64,000 nucleotides of DNA, from contig CH464491.1 in the NCBI GenBank assembly GCA_000002445.1, forward strand, positions 3,040,001-3,104,000. Direction: 5' to 3'. The DNA is from Trypanosoma brucei (lineage: Eukaryota). The number at the start of each line of letters is the position of its first letter. The stretch's first letter is position 1. A program made the position numbers and the translations under genes. The notes beneath the pieces are model-generated. The model was not told where the DNA came from. It saw only the letters and a program-made list of their open reading frames with translations, and made no database searches. Below, in pieces: positions 48,309 through 58,122 of this stretch.

Positions 48309-49637
48309 ATGAATCCAGAAGCGGAGGAATTTGTACCGAAGGGGAACCGCACACCAGGATCCGGTGGTCGGCGTGGAAACGGTGGTGGCTCCCGGCAGAT
48401 TCCGGTCCGCGGGGAACGTCAACAACCACCACCACCACCACCACCACCACAGCAGCAACAGCAGCAGGTGGCGCCGTCGTCACAGACAACACTTCGCGCG
48501 AGTGCAGAGCCATTCCAGCCTAAGGGCTCCCAAGGATTTGGGCTCGTTGGGCAAGTACTTCCATATGTTGCCGGCCCACCAGGCGGTGTCCCACAAGCGT
48601 GGGAGTCTGTGGAGCCAGTGCCTCCGCTTTCTGTGTGGAAGAGTGATTCAGTGCAGCAAGCGGGCGCAAAACCGCTGTCACTTAGCGCCACACCCTATAC
48701 GCCTACTAACCCAAAGATTTCGTCCAAGTTCCCAGCCACTCCTGAGGCTCAGCGGGGCCCTTCAACAGAGTTTAAGGACACGACACCAGCGTCACTTCAG
48801 CCTCAGGAAAAGGAAGTGGTAGAGGTAGGTGAAAAGGCTGTGGCTATAGCCTCGCCCCCGGAGGAAGATGCTGTTGCCGCCAATGGTGGCTCTGTTGATG
48901 CCAGCGGCGCACCATCAACGCAGAACTTCACCGTAGGTGAGATAGTGGAGAACGACTTTAGCGGATCGATGCTTCCCAGTTTGTTTCAGGTAGAGGTGCT
49001 AGACAAGCCGGCCCCTGCCGAGCCTGTTCGGTTTAATACAGTGTGGGCCCTCTATGCCGACGAGCATCCAACACCGTTTGGAGCTCCGTTAGCGTATCAC
49101 CCGGTTCTCGTCCACCTTGTTGGGGATGTTGAGTGCTTCTGGCGCCTGTGGAGGCACCTGCCCCCTCCATCCACGTTGCTGCCCGCCTTCACATATCACT
49201 GGTTCCGTCGGGACATTAGGCCGAACTGGGAGCACACCCGTAATAAGAATGGTGGAACAATCACCTTCGTAATATTTGACAGAGACAAGCCGGGTTTGAA
49301 TAACAAGCAGACAATGGATGATGCTTTCATGGCGATGCTCATGGCATGCAGTGGGGAATCTTTGGCGGAGAGTACAACGAACCTCAACGGCGTGATGCTC
49401 AAGGTGCGACAGAACAAACCCACAACGCTGCAGATTTGGACAGCCAGCTCAGATGAGTTGAAGCTCAGGTCCTTAGCCCGTAGTCTGAGGACTTTATTAG
49501 AAAAGGTTATTGGGCCCAAGCCACTGCAAAAGCTAGAATATTTCTCGCATCAAAGGACGCAGGTTGGTGCCCCCGGTAGTCTGGCCGGAAGGATGAAAGG
49601 AAAACCGTCGAGGATAACACCCGACTTCACGCTTTAG
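48309..49637 (+). CDS. EIF4E3: eIF4E-family cap-binding protein with long N-terminal extension (kinetoplastid EIF4E3/EIF4E4 type)
   Basis: The C-terminal 200 aa carry the eIF4E fold signature FNTVWALYADEHP...HPVLVHLVGDVECFWRLWRHLPPPS...YHWFRRDIRPNWEH..NKNGGTITF...DDAFMAMLMACSGE...NGVMLKVRQNKPTTLQIWT. The N-terminus has PAM2-like MNPEAEEFVP and SAEPFQPKG boxes and a poly-Pro/Gln run. Confidence 0.75.
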   Translation: MNPEAEEFVPKGNRTPGSGGRRGNGGGSRQIPVRGERQQPPPPPPPPQQQQQQVAPSSQTTLRASAEPFQPKGSQGFGLVGQVLPYVAGPPGGVPQAWESVEPVPPLSVWKSDSVQQAGAKPLSLSATPYTPTNPKISSKFPATPEAQRGPSTEFKDTTPASLQPQEKEVVEVGEKAVAIASPPEEDAVAANGGSVDASGAPSTQNFTVGEIVENDFSGSMLPSLFQVEVLDKPAPAEPVRFNTVWALYADEHPTPFGAPLAYHPVLVHLVGDVECFWRLWRHLPPPSTLLPAFTYHWFRRDIRPNWEHTRNKNGGTITFVIFDRDKPGLNNKQTMDDAFMAMLMACSGESLAESTTNLNGVMLKVRQNKPTTLQIWTASSDELKLRSLARSLRTLLEKVIGPKPLQKLEYFSHQRTQVGAPGSLAGRMKGKPSRITPDFTL

Positions 49638-50770
49638 TAATCGCTGCTTGCGTACACGTACCGTAAACAGAACATGTTTTTCTTTTGTGTGTGTGTGTGT
49701 GCATGTATGGTGGGCGTATGCCATGTTATGTGGATGGGAGGGGAGACATTAGGTGGAACGCACAGACAAGATGCGATTCTCACCGATGGTGGGGAAATGA
49801 CACACATATAATATCTATATCTATATATATATATATATAGATGTTAAGGATGGGAGGAAGTAGAGTGGAAGGTGATGGATGGGACTTTCCTTCACACACC
49901 AAGGGAAAAAAGTGGGGAGGGGAGTGTAACGGTGCCTTTCTTGCCCTTTAAACTCGAGTCCGCTAGTGCATTTGAGGCGTGTTGTCTCCAACCACTTGTT
50001 TGTTTTCTCCTATAAAAGCTGTAGCACCATTGTTTGGAGTGTCCGACGCAGTGAGCAAACGAAACCGGAGAAAATGTGTTGCATGTGTTCACTGAAGCGC
50101 TCGGGCGGTATTGTAATCGGGAAAAGGTCACGACCCCATAACAAGAGAAAAATTGAAAATAGGTCGTGGTCGCCCGCATGCACTTCGCTTTTCCTTTTAC
50201 GGGTAAGGTTTTTTTTTTCCATCACCATGTGGTGTTTTACTTATCAGCTCCTCTGTTTGTAGCCCATGTGTCTTTGTGACCAGTGGCTCGTTATGTTGCT
50301 TTATATATTTATGTACATATATATATATATATATATATAAGGAAGACAATAAAAGGGATGTTTTCGGCGTTAGTAAACAGACATTTCACTATTGTTTTTG
50401 TTACTCTTATTATTGTTACCGTTACTGTTGTTGTTTTGTTTTCGGTTCTTGACCTCTTTTCCTTCTCACGTGAATGCATCGCAGTATCGCCAGTGCGGAA
50501 TTCCATCACCGCCACCACTACGACCACCAACGAGCACGTAAGCTTATCGCGAGGTTGTTAGGCTGCAGCACAGTTATTTCTTTTTTTTTTTTAGTGCATA
50601 GCCGTTACCAAAGCGACCAACGGGCTCTCCAGTTTTCGCACACATGAAGAGGGAACGAGGAAGGGTGGGTGTAAGCGCAAGGTTTCAATTCGGTGTGATG
50701 TGTGTTTGATATTATGAATGTTTGTTTATTTATTTATACATGTTTCCTATCCTTGTGTGCGTGCCTGCGT

Positions 50771-50806
50771 GCGTGTGTGTGTGTGTGTGTGTGTGTTTGT
50801 GTGTGT
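50771..50806. repeat. (GT)n microsatellite (about 17 units, one interruption)
   Basis: gcgtgtgtgtgtgtgtgtgtgtgtgtttgtgtgtgtag inside the 3.4 kb ORF-free spacer. Confidence 0.85.
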
Positions 50807-53004
50807 AGTTCTTGTGGTAGGCAAAGATGTGAACACAGAGGTGTAGGGGAGGGAACATAGGAGTCACTGTCATAATTTCTTTAACCTTTCCTACCGCTCC
50901 TCATCCTTTTCCTTCATTTTATTTTCTCCTTTTCAGTTGATACACTTCGTTGCCCTTAAGGAGGGTTGGGTGGTAGGAGAGGTGAAGTGAAACTTTCTGG
51001 TTTGTAGCTGTGGGTATTTGACTGTGGGGGAAAGAGGGAGGCGGGTGGTGGATGAGAGGTGATGAGGTCCTTCCTCAGGTTTACTTGTAATCGTTGGGAT
51101 TGTGATTGTGCCCATTGATGTCATAAGAGAGGAAAGGGGGGAGGAGTATTGTGGGCGTAATTAATGGGAATGGGAACGATGATGTGTGGTGCGCGTGCCG
51201 GCTGGGAATCCACGCTACCAAGTACATCAACTCTTAGTTTTGGCTACTCCTTGTTACCCCGCGTTTCGTTTCTTTTTGTTTGTTTTATTATTATTTTCAT
51301 AGTGCCCCGTTCCCGTTTTTGTGTTCCGCTCTGCGTGTCTATTAGGGCTTTTGATTGATTCCGGTGGTTCTTTCGGTGTGGTACGTTGGGTGTCGCTTTT
51401 GGCCTACCGAGGGAGCGTAAAAGCAAACTAATAAAGATAATAGTGAATGGATCTTTTTATTGTCAGCAAGAGAAAAGAGGTAACAGAGAGGAAGGAATGA
51501 AAAAAAAAATTATGAAGGGAGTAGTGTGTGGTGTTGACGGCGTTTGGGGTGCGATGCGTCAGCACAATGAAGGTCGCGCAATATGTCGCTTTCTTTCATT
51601 TGTGCATAACCGCGCTAAGCAAAATTCAGATATGTGAGGCGAATAGGAGGGGAGGGGGACGGAGGCGGAGGCAGAGGCAGAGCCGCCCCCCTTTTTTTTC
51701 TTTTCTCTAATCCCTGCTGTTCGCAACACGTTTCACCGCTCTTTAGTTTATTTTCTTGAACGAGATCGAGTTAAGGGGTGGCGAGGGAAATGTATGAATA
51801 ATGAGTAATAACTAATACTAACGGCAATAGTAACTAAAGTAACGAAACAAAAGGAAAAAAGGCAACAAAAAGAATGGATAATGACAAGAGAGGAGGTAGA
51901 TAGGGCGACTAACACTAACGTAATGTGATTCGCGCGTACATTATACACATATAGGTACAACTGTACTTGTGTGTTCCACGTGAGGAAGAAAAGGAACAAA
52001 GGAAGGTGCAAGGAAGATAAGGTAAGATGAGAAGGAGGGGGCGGCGCTAAAGAAAAGAAACGGAGGAGGGAGGAAAAGAAAAAAATAAAGCGTTTAAAAC
52101 GGAAAGAAAGGAAAAAAAAATGAGAAAAAAAATACTGTAAGGAAACAAATAGCGATACAGTTCGACTATGGTGATGCGAGGGGTGGGTATAAAAAGATAC
52201 GAAGCGCGAGAGGGCAAGTTGGTAGCCTTAATTTTTGGTTATTCGTTTCCTTCCTTCCTTCTCTTCTCTTCTCTCTTCCCCCCTTTCTTTTCCTTTTATC
52301 CGTTTTCTCTTCCCTCATTTTGCTTTTTTATTGTTACGTTGGGTGGGGGGATTGCATAGGTGAGAAGGAAGAGAAAGGTGGTAGCAAGCTGAGTAAGATG
52401 TGCCACAACATTTTGTTTTTTTTTCTTTCTCTGGGTTCAAAGATATCCTGATGGTTCGAACTACGGAAAGAAGGAAAGAGCAGTGGCGTGGTACCCAGCA
52501 CGCTGCTTTCCGCTAATGTTTGAAGTGGTTGTTAGCCGTTGGCGCGAGATTAAAGCGTAATGAAGACACGTTTCCCCCTTTCCCCCTCCTGTGTCCATCT
52601 TCCTTTCGGTAGTTCTGCCGTCAGTGCCGTTTGCGGAATACCATTTTAGTTTGTTAGATGACATATCAACCTGTTGGGCTCTTTTTCTTTACCGGACCAA
52701 ACCAATATTTAATAAAGAACACATATATATAAATTATACTGGTTTTCGTATTTGAAAGCCCTGAGCGAGCGCAGGAAATCCACCCTTTTCGCAACCGCAG
52801 CGTGCGGTGGAATCTTACAGAGTTCGGGAAAAAGAACAGGAGGCTCGCACAAAACCACGATTGGCTTTCAGTGTTTATCAAAGCGGAGGTAAATAACAGA
52901 AGGCATTGGGAGAGGCTGGTTTTCAGATAGGGAGGAAGTCTTGGAGGCATTCAAAGGATTAAAGAGGGAGGAAGGTGTGGAGGGAGCGTAACAAACACTA
53001 AGCC

Positions 53005-54828
53005 ATGTTTCGTCGTAGCCTTTCCCGCCGTAGTCTGCAGTATCAACCATGCTTCAAGGACCTTAGCTTCCTCGTGGAAGACGTGTTTAACATGTATGCG
53101 CACTATGAAAAACTTGGGTACACCAACGTCAAGAGGGAATTTCTTACCAACCTTCTTGCTGAAGCTGGAACCCTCGCCACAACGTCACTTCTGCCGCTAT
53201 ACTCTTCTAGTGACGTTGAGGGATGTCAGTGGCTGCAGAATAGCCAAGTTGGTACACCAAAAGGTTTCGAGGCCGCTTATAAGACACTGTGCAGTAAGGG
53301 ATGGATCGGTATTAGCCAACCACTGGAGTTTGGCGGCAAAGCGTTGCCATACTCAGTTGGTAGTATCACGCGAGAGGTCATGGAAACAGCAAATCCACCA
53401 CTTTTAACGTATGCCACCCAAAGCATAGGAGCAGCTGAGGCGCTGATGACATGTGTAAGCGCGAAGAAACATGAAATGTTTCTCAGGCGGCTAGTTTCTG
53501 GGGAATGGAGCGGTTCGTTGAGCCTCACCGAGGGGCAAAGCGGAGCGGCTGAAGGAGTGGTTACGGCAGAGCGGGCACAAGATGGGACATACAACTTGAC
53601 GGGGACGAGGAATTTTATCTTGGCCGGGGACCATAACCTCACAGCAAATGTGCTTTATGTTGTGCTGGCACGATTACCTTCCTCACAGGCGACAGGCACC
53701 GACTTGTCGCTGTTCCTGGTTCCGCGCCACGTACCAAAGTCGGATGGATCGCTGGAAACTGAAAGGAATGTAAAATGCCTTGGATTAGAGGCCACCATGG
53801 GCATGAAGGGTAGCTCCATCTGTCGAATGGGGTTCGACAATTCGACCGGCTACTTTGTTGGGGAGTTCAATTCGGGTGTGAAGCGGACGGTAACTACCAC
53901 GAACACGGCGGCCGTTGCAGCTGCAGTGCAGGGTGTCTGCCACGCTGAACTTGCTTTTCAAAATGCCCTTTCACGAACTCGTGGGTGCAACTCACAGTGC
54001 ACGTCGGAGAGTAGTACATGTGCAGAAGGTACCAGCACCGTATTAATACCCGACGCGAACATGCGTTTGAGTATACTCTTTGCCAAAGCCGTGGCCGAGG
54101 GAGGTAGGGCGCTTTCGTTAGATGTTTCACGACTTCTTGACATTTACCACAACACGACGGATGCCACCGCGCGTGAGGGGATGGGGAACAAAATTAACTT
54201 TTACTCCACTATAGCCAATACGTGCCTAACCACATGGAATTTTCAGGCCATCTCCCGTTGCCTGTGGATGTGGAGTCCGCAAGGTGTTGTGAAGGGCAAT
54301 GATATGGAGCAGATTTTGCGCGACGCCCGCGCTGCTGCGCAGCACAGTGGTGTTATGACGTCCAATTCAGTTGAATTCCTCAATCGGCACATATTGCCTC
54401 TGCACACGGAGGAGGTCGCAACCTTTGGCAGTAATGTTCGTGCGCTGGTGCGGCCATATCTTTTTTCGAGGGGTACCATCGGTCAGTGTGCCCGGCGTCT
54501 GTGGCTACTCCAAAAACAGTGGCGGTTGGGTATTGCCAAGGTGAAGATGTTAGCCATGCAAGAGCCCGATAGCGTCGGCGCTGTGTCGGAGGATGTAATC
54601 ATGTACGCGGGTTACATGGTGTTGGCGTACAATTGGTTACGTATGGCCACAGTGGCACAAAAACTTATTGACTCTGGGAAAGATGTAGACGGCTTCTATC
54701 GGTGTAAGGTGGATGTTTGTCAGTATGTCTTTCAGTACTTGGTACCGTACGCGGATGCGCACTTTCAGATTATGCAGAACGGCGCCAGCGTCATGAAAAG
54801 TTGCGAGTCGACATGGGATCTTAGGTGA
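53005..54828 (+). CDS. Acyl-CoA dehydrogenase-like protein, probable mitochondrial presequence
   Basis: MFRRSLSRRSLQ is presequence-like. The ACAD-like middle domain has GEWSGSLSLTEGQSGAAEG, resembling the ACAD G..G....TEP.AGSD signature. The overall length fits ACAD family members. Confidence 0.45.
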   Translation: MFRRSLSRRSLQYQPCFKDLSFLVEDVFNMYAHYEKLGYTNVKREFLTNLLAEAGTLATTSLLPLYSSSDVEGCQWLQNSQVGTPKGFEAAYKTLCSKGWIGISQPLEFGGKALPYSVGSITREVMETANPPLLTYATQSIGAAEALMTCVSAKKHEMFLRRLVSGEWSGSLSLTEGQSGAAEGVVTAERAQDGTYNLTGTRNFILAGDHNLTANVLYVVLARLPSSQATGTDLSLFLVPRHVPKSDGSLETERNVKCLGLEATMGMKGSSICRMGFDNSTGYFVGEFNSGVKRTVTTTNTAAVAAAVQGVCHAELAFQNALSRTRGCNSQCTSESSTCAEGTSTVLIPDANMRLSILFAKAVAEGGRALSLDVSRLLDIYHNTTDATAREGMGNKINFYSTIANTCLTTWNFQAISRCLWMWSPQGVVKGNDMEQILRDARAAAQHSGVMTSNSVEFLNRHILPLHTEEVATFGSNVRALVRPYLFSRGTIGQCARRLWLLQKQWRLGIAKVKMLAMQEPDSVGAVSEDVIMYAGYMVLAYNWLRMATVAQKLIDSGKDVDGFYRCKVDVCQYVFQYLVPYADAHFQIMQNGASVMKSCESTWDLR

Positions 54829-55952
54829 TAACTCGAGCTTTTTTTCCTTCGCAACATTTCGAATGCTTAACAGGACGACGGATTGAAGTTTCTTTGTTCA
54901 TGTGCAGGAAAGGAGACACGTAAGCTGTGTACTTGCGTTGTTGTTGTTACTGTGATAATTTGACGTTGAATTCACGAAAAAAAACTCTGTCAGGGAGGGG
55001 AATGTTACGTGGAAGACACGTACTCACCTACTTTAGTTTTGATGTGCTTACCCCACTAATTATTTTTCTATGAGGTGGCAAGGAAGGAAAGGTTGTTGTT
55101 TTATCGTTATTGGACTAACTTCGCATCAATCAGGAAGGCTGTGGGGGCGAACGAATGCTCCAACAAAGTTCAGGTGAACTCTGGTTCTGTTTCTAGTTGG
55201 TGAAAAGGAAGAAAGAGAGGCACCCGTGTTTCTGTTTATGTAGTTGTTTACGTTGCTGGAAACAAGCTTATAGTGGCCACTTCTTGTTATTACTATTATT
55301 TATTTTATTTTACTGTTTTCGAGTTTCGAATATTCATAGCATGACGTTTGTCGAACCGGCGAAAGATTCGAAACATCGTCGTTGATCCACCGAGTAGGTT
55401 TGTTCAACGGTTCTACTCCTTTCATGTCGTTTTTAACTATCGAATTCATTCCATTTATTAATCACCACGGCAGCGACTTCCCTTACGTGTCTTGGGATCG
55501 TTGCTGTTGAGCGCAGCGGGGATTTGAAGTGGGGAGGCAAATGAATAGCATTATCTGCACGATTGCACGAGCGGTGGCGGACATTGACTTCCTGAATCCA
55601 GGGCGAGGTATTAGTTCGCTACTGCAGTGCTGCTACCCGCCAATAGGTGTGGCTAACTTATTTTAACTTGCGTTCCCCCACTTTTTTTTACCTCCAAGAT
55701 GCCAAGTGGCCATTAGAAATGCTACTCTTGTTGATTTCTTTTTTTTTGTTGTTGTTGTTGTTCTTTATGTTTTCCGCCAAAATTTTAATGGTGCCTAACA
55801 AAAGGAAGGGAGAGGGAAGAGAACTCACCATTACCATACTTGGGGTAGACGAATAGTGGGATATATATTTCTTTGCTCCTTACTTGCAGGAGACACGAAG
55901 AGAGGGAGAAAAGGTGAATTCTCTGCCGCACACGGCTCAGATTCCATTCTAA

Positions 55953-57614
55953 ATGGCGGCAACAGGTTCACGAGAAGAAATGATGGAGGCCTTGAATAAG
56001 GCAAGACAGGCAATGGCCCGTCGTGTTCCGACTCCAACGGCGTCAACAGTACAATCATCATCCGAACATGATCCGTCGGCGAATGTCGGCGTTTTACAGA
56101 TATATGATGCTGCAGATACCTCGTTATGTCGCCATGCTCGCCCGTCGGAAGCAAAAGACAATCGCGCCCACTTCTTCGAAACATGGTGTAAGAAGATCGA
56201 GGTGTTCGTTGCGGATCCGACTAAAACGACGTTAGAGCTTCCCCCTGAACTGTGCGCGAACGACCGTAGGGAGCTTCACAATCTTGCGGAGAAATATAAT
56301 CTCAGTCACCATTCCCGTGGCACGGGGGCGACACGACATCTTGTGCTGAAGAAAGATGCGCTGCACTATAGAATGCCTGATGCTGCTCCAGCCAACATTG
56401 AAGCAATAAAGCGGGACCCTGGAACGAAAGAGTCTAAATTTCACCTTCGTCGCGTAAAGCAGAACCCTGAGGCCCCAGCTGGGTCGATGGGCGCCTTCGG
56501 TGATGAAACGACTGCCGCAATGGTGCACCGCTTGGTGCGTGCAACAGACGAGTATCGAAGAGCAGTCAATGTTGGGTATACTCAAGATGAGCTACTCGCT
56601 TTCGAAACCGGTGAATCAGTTGAGGGAATCCTCCGTAGCGGCGGAGAGCGAGACGCACAGCCCGCAACAAATGCCGATGTTGAGGATCCCACGGGATTAT
56701 GTGCTTCGCCCCCCCGCGCGCGAATTACCGGCGGAGCGGATTACGAGGCGCGCGCGAAGGACTCTTCCGCTGGGGAGAAGTCGAAGGCGGTCTACGATGA
56801 GATGTGTCTTCGGTGCCAGACTCGGTCTCGTGTGGATTATGATATACAGAAATGGGATTGCAATGGGTATTGTGCGAAGTGCACTGCGCAGACCATTTGG
56901 AAACTTGTGGAGGTAGAAAATAGCACGGGAATGAGAAGTGCTCAGCGGAAGCATACTCGCGAAGAGTTCGAGAAAGCCGACGAAGCGCTTCCGCAAGAGG
57001 TGCAGCAACCCGAAGAAATCGATAAGGATAACGATGAGGATGATACGATCACGGTGGAAGATGTGGTGGATATGGCGAGCATGAATGACTTTAGCGCTGC
57101 GGATGTGAATTGGATTCGCCGCTTTGCAGTACATCACAGTTCAAAGGAGGTTTGCTGCTCTCTCAGCACACACATAGTGTTTTGCATCGAATTCAACGAC
57201 TTATTGACCATGCGTATTTTCCGTCCCTTCCTTAAGCTACAGGGGAGCACAGACAGCAGCGATGAAAAGAAACGAACAAAGAACGAGTGTGGAGCGTCCT
57301 CTGATGGTTCAACTCTTACTGAAACTCATGGCGCATGGTTTGTGTGGCTACGCGAAGTGAAGCCGGCGGGTGTGGCGCTTTCCACACTGCTAGATGAATT
57401 GGCGGGTTGTACGCCCGAGGGCTACGACCGACTTTGCGTCGCCTTCCCGAACATGTCTGTGTACGGCACGGAGGCAAGCTGTGTGTGCCTTGTCAAACCA
57501 GGCGTGCTGAATATGGAGGGCCTTCAAGCAATGCGGCAGAAGTACGGTGAGCAGAATTTCCGCCTCGCCCAGGAGTTGGAGGTTGCTCTTGCGGGCGATA
57601 GCAAGCCCGCGTAA
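55953..57614 (+). CDS. R3H-domain protein with Cys-rich segment
   Basis: ELPPELCANDRRELHNLAEKYNLSHHSRGTGATRHLVLKK fits the R3H single-stranded nucleic-acid-binding motif (R-x3-H with a G-rich loop). Downstream is a CLRCQTRSRVDYDIQKWDCNGYCAKC Cys cluster. Confidence 0.5.
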   Translation: MAATGSREEMMEALNKARQAMARRVPTPTASTVQSSSEHDPSANVGVLQIYDAADTSLCRHARPSEAKDNRAHFFETWCKKIEVFVADPTKTTLELPPELCANDRRELHNLAEKYNLSHHSRGTGATRHLVLKKDALHYRMPDAAPANIEAIKRDPGTKESKFHLRRVKQNPEAPAGSMGAFGDETTAAMVHRLVRATDEYRRAVNVGYTQDELLAFETGESVEGILRSGGERDAQPATNADVEDPTGLCASPPRARITGGADYEARAKDSSAGEKSKAVYDEMCLRCQTRSRVDYDIQKWDCNGYCAKCTAQTIWKLVEVENSTGMRSAQRKHTREEFEKADEALPQEVQQPEEIDKDNDEDDTITVEDVVDMASMNDFSAADVNWIRRFAVHHSSKEVCCSLSTHIVFCIEFNDLLTMRIFRPFLKLQGSTDSSDEKKRTKNECGASSDGSTLTETHGAWFVWLREVKPAGVALSTLLDELAGCTPEGYDRLCVAFPNMSVYGTEASCVCLVKPGVLNMEGLQAMRQKYGEQNFRLAQELEVALAGDSKPA

Positions 57615-57984
57615 GCACCGATGCAGTGCTTTCGCATCTTTTTTTTTGTACGGGACGTTCACGGATTTAGTACGTGTTTCACTAAGAGTACAGTGATTCC
57701 TCCCTGTTCACTTTTTCTTCTTTTATTATTCTCTGTGTGCTGTGGAATATGCAAACGCGGATAGGTCTGCTTACACGAGCCTCTACGCGTTTACATTCTC
57801 AGTCAGTCTCAGCGATGAACCGTCGGTAATAAAAGCTTTACGGTTCTTCCCCCAAGAGAAGAAAACAAAAAAAGATAAGCTAACTTACGAGGGAAGGGAA
57901 GAAAGGCCTCCTCTTGTGCATTCATCTCCCACCTGCTGCATGCGCCTGGCTGCTGAATCTTCTCTTGTCTTCTTTGTATCACAC

Positions 57985-58014
57985 TTTTACTTTGAACGTT
58001 TTTTTTCTTTTGTG
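57985..58014 (+). promoter_or_regulatory. T-rich tract upstream of candidate PIF1 start codons
   Basis: cacttttactttgaacgttttttttcttttgtg, followed by ATGs at 58015 and 58123. Confidence 0.3.
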
Positions 58015-58122
58015 ATGGTTGCTTACACACTTGATACGCTGTTTGCGTCAGACATAGACAGTGCGACTTTGTTTTATTCAGAAGGTTGTGGCCCCATTCG
58101 CCTTGTGGCCCTGTCAGCACAG

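Noticed and set aside
53005-54828. Considered calling the ACAD-like protein a pseudo-enzyme because the GEWSGSLSLTEGQSGAAEG motif deviates from the G..G....TEP.AGSD consensus
   Set aside because: I cannot place the catalytic glutamate or the FAD-binding residues without an alignment. The deviation alone is insufficient, so I kept a plain ACAD-like call at moderate confidence.
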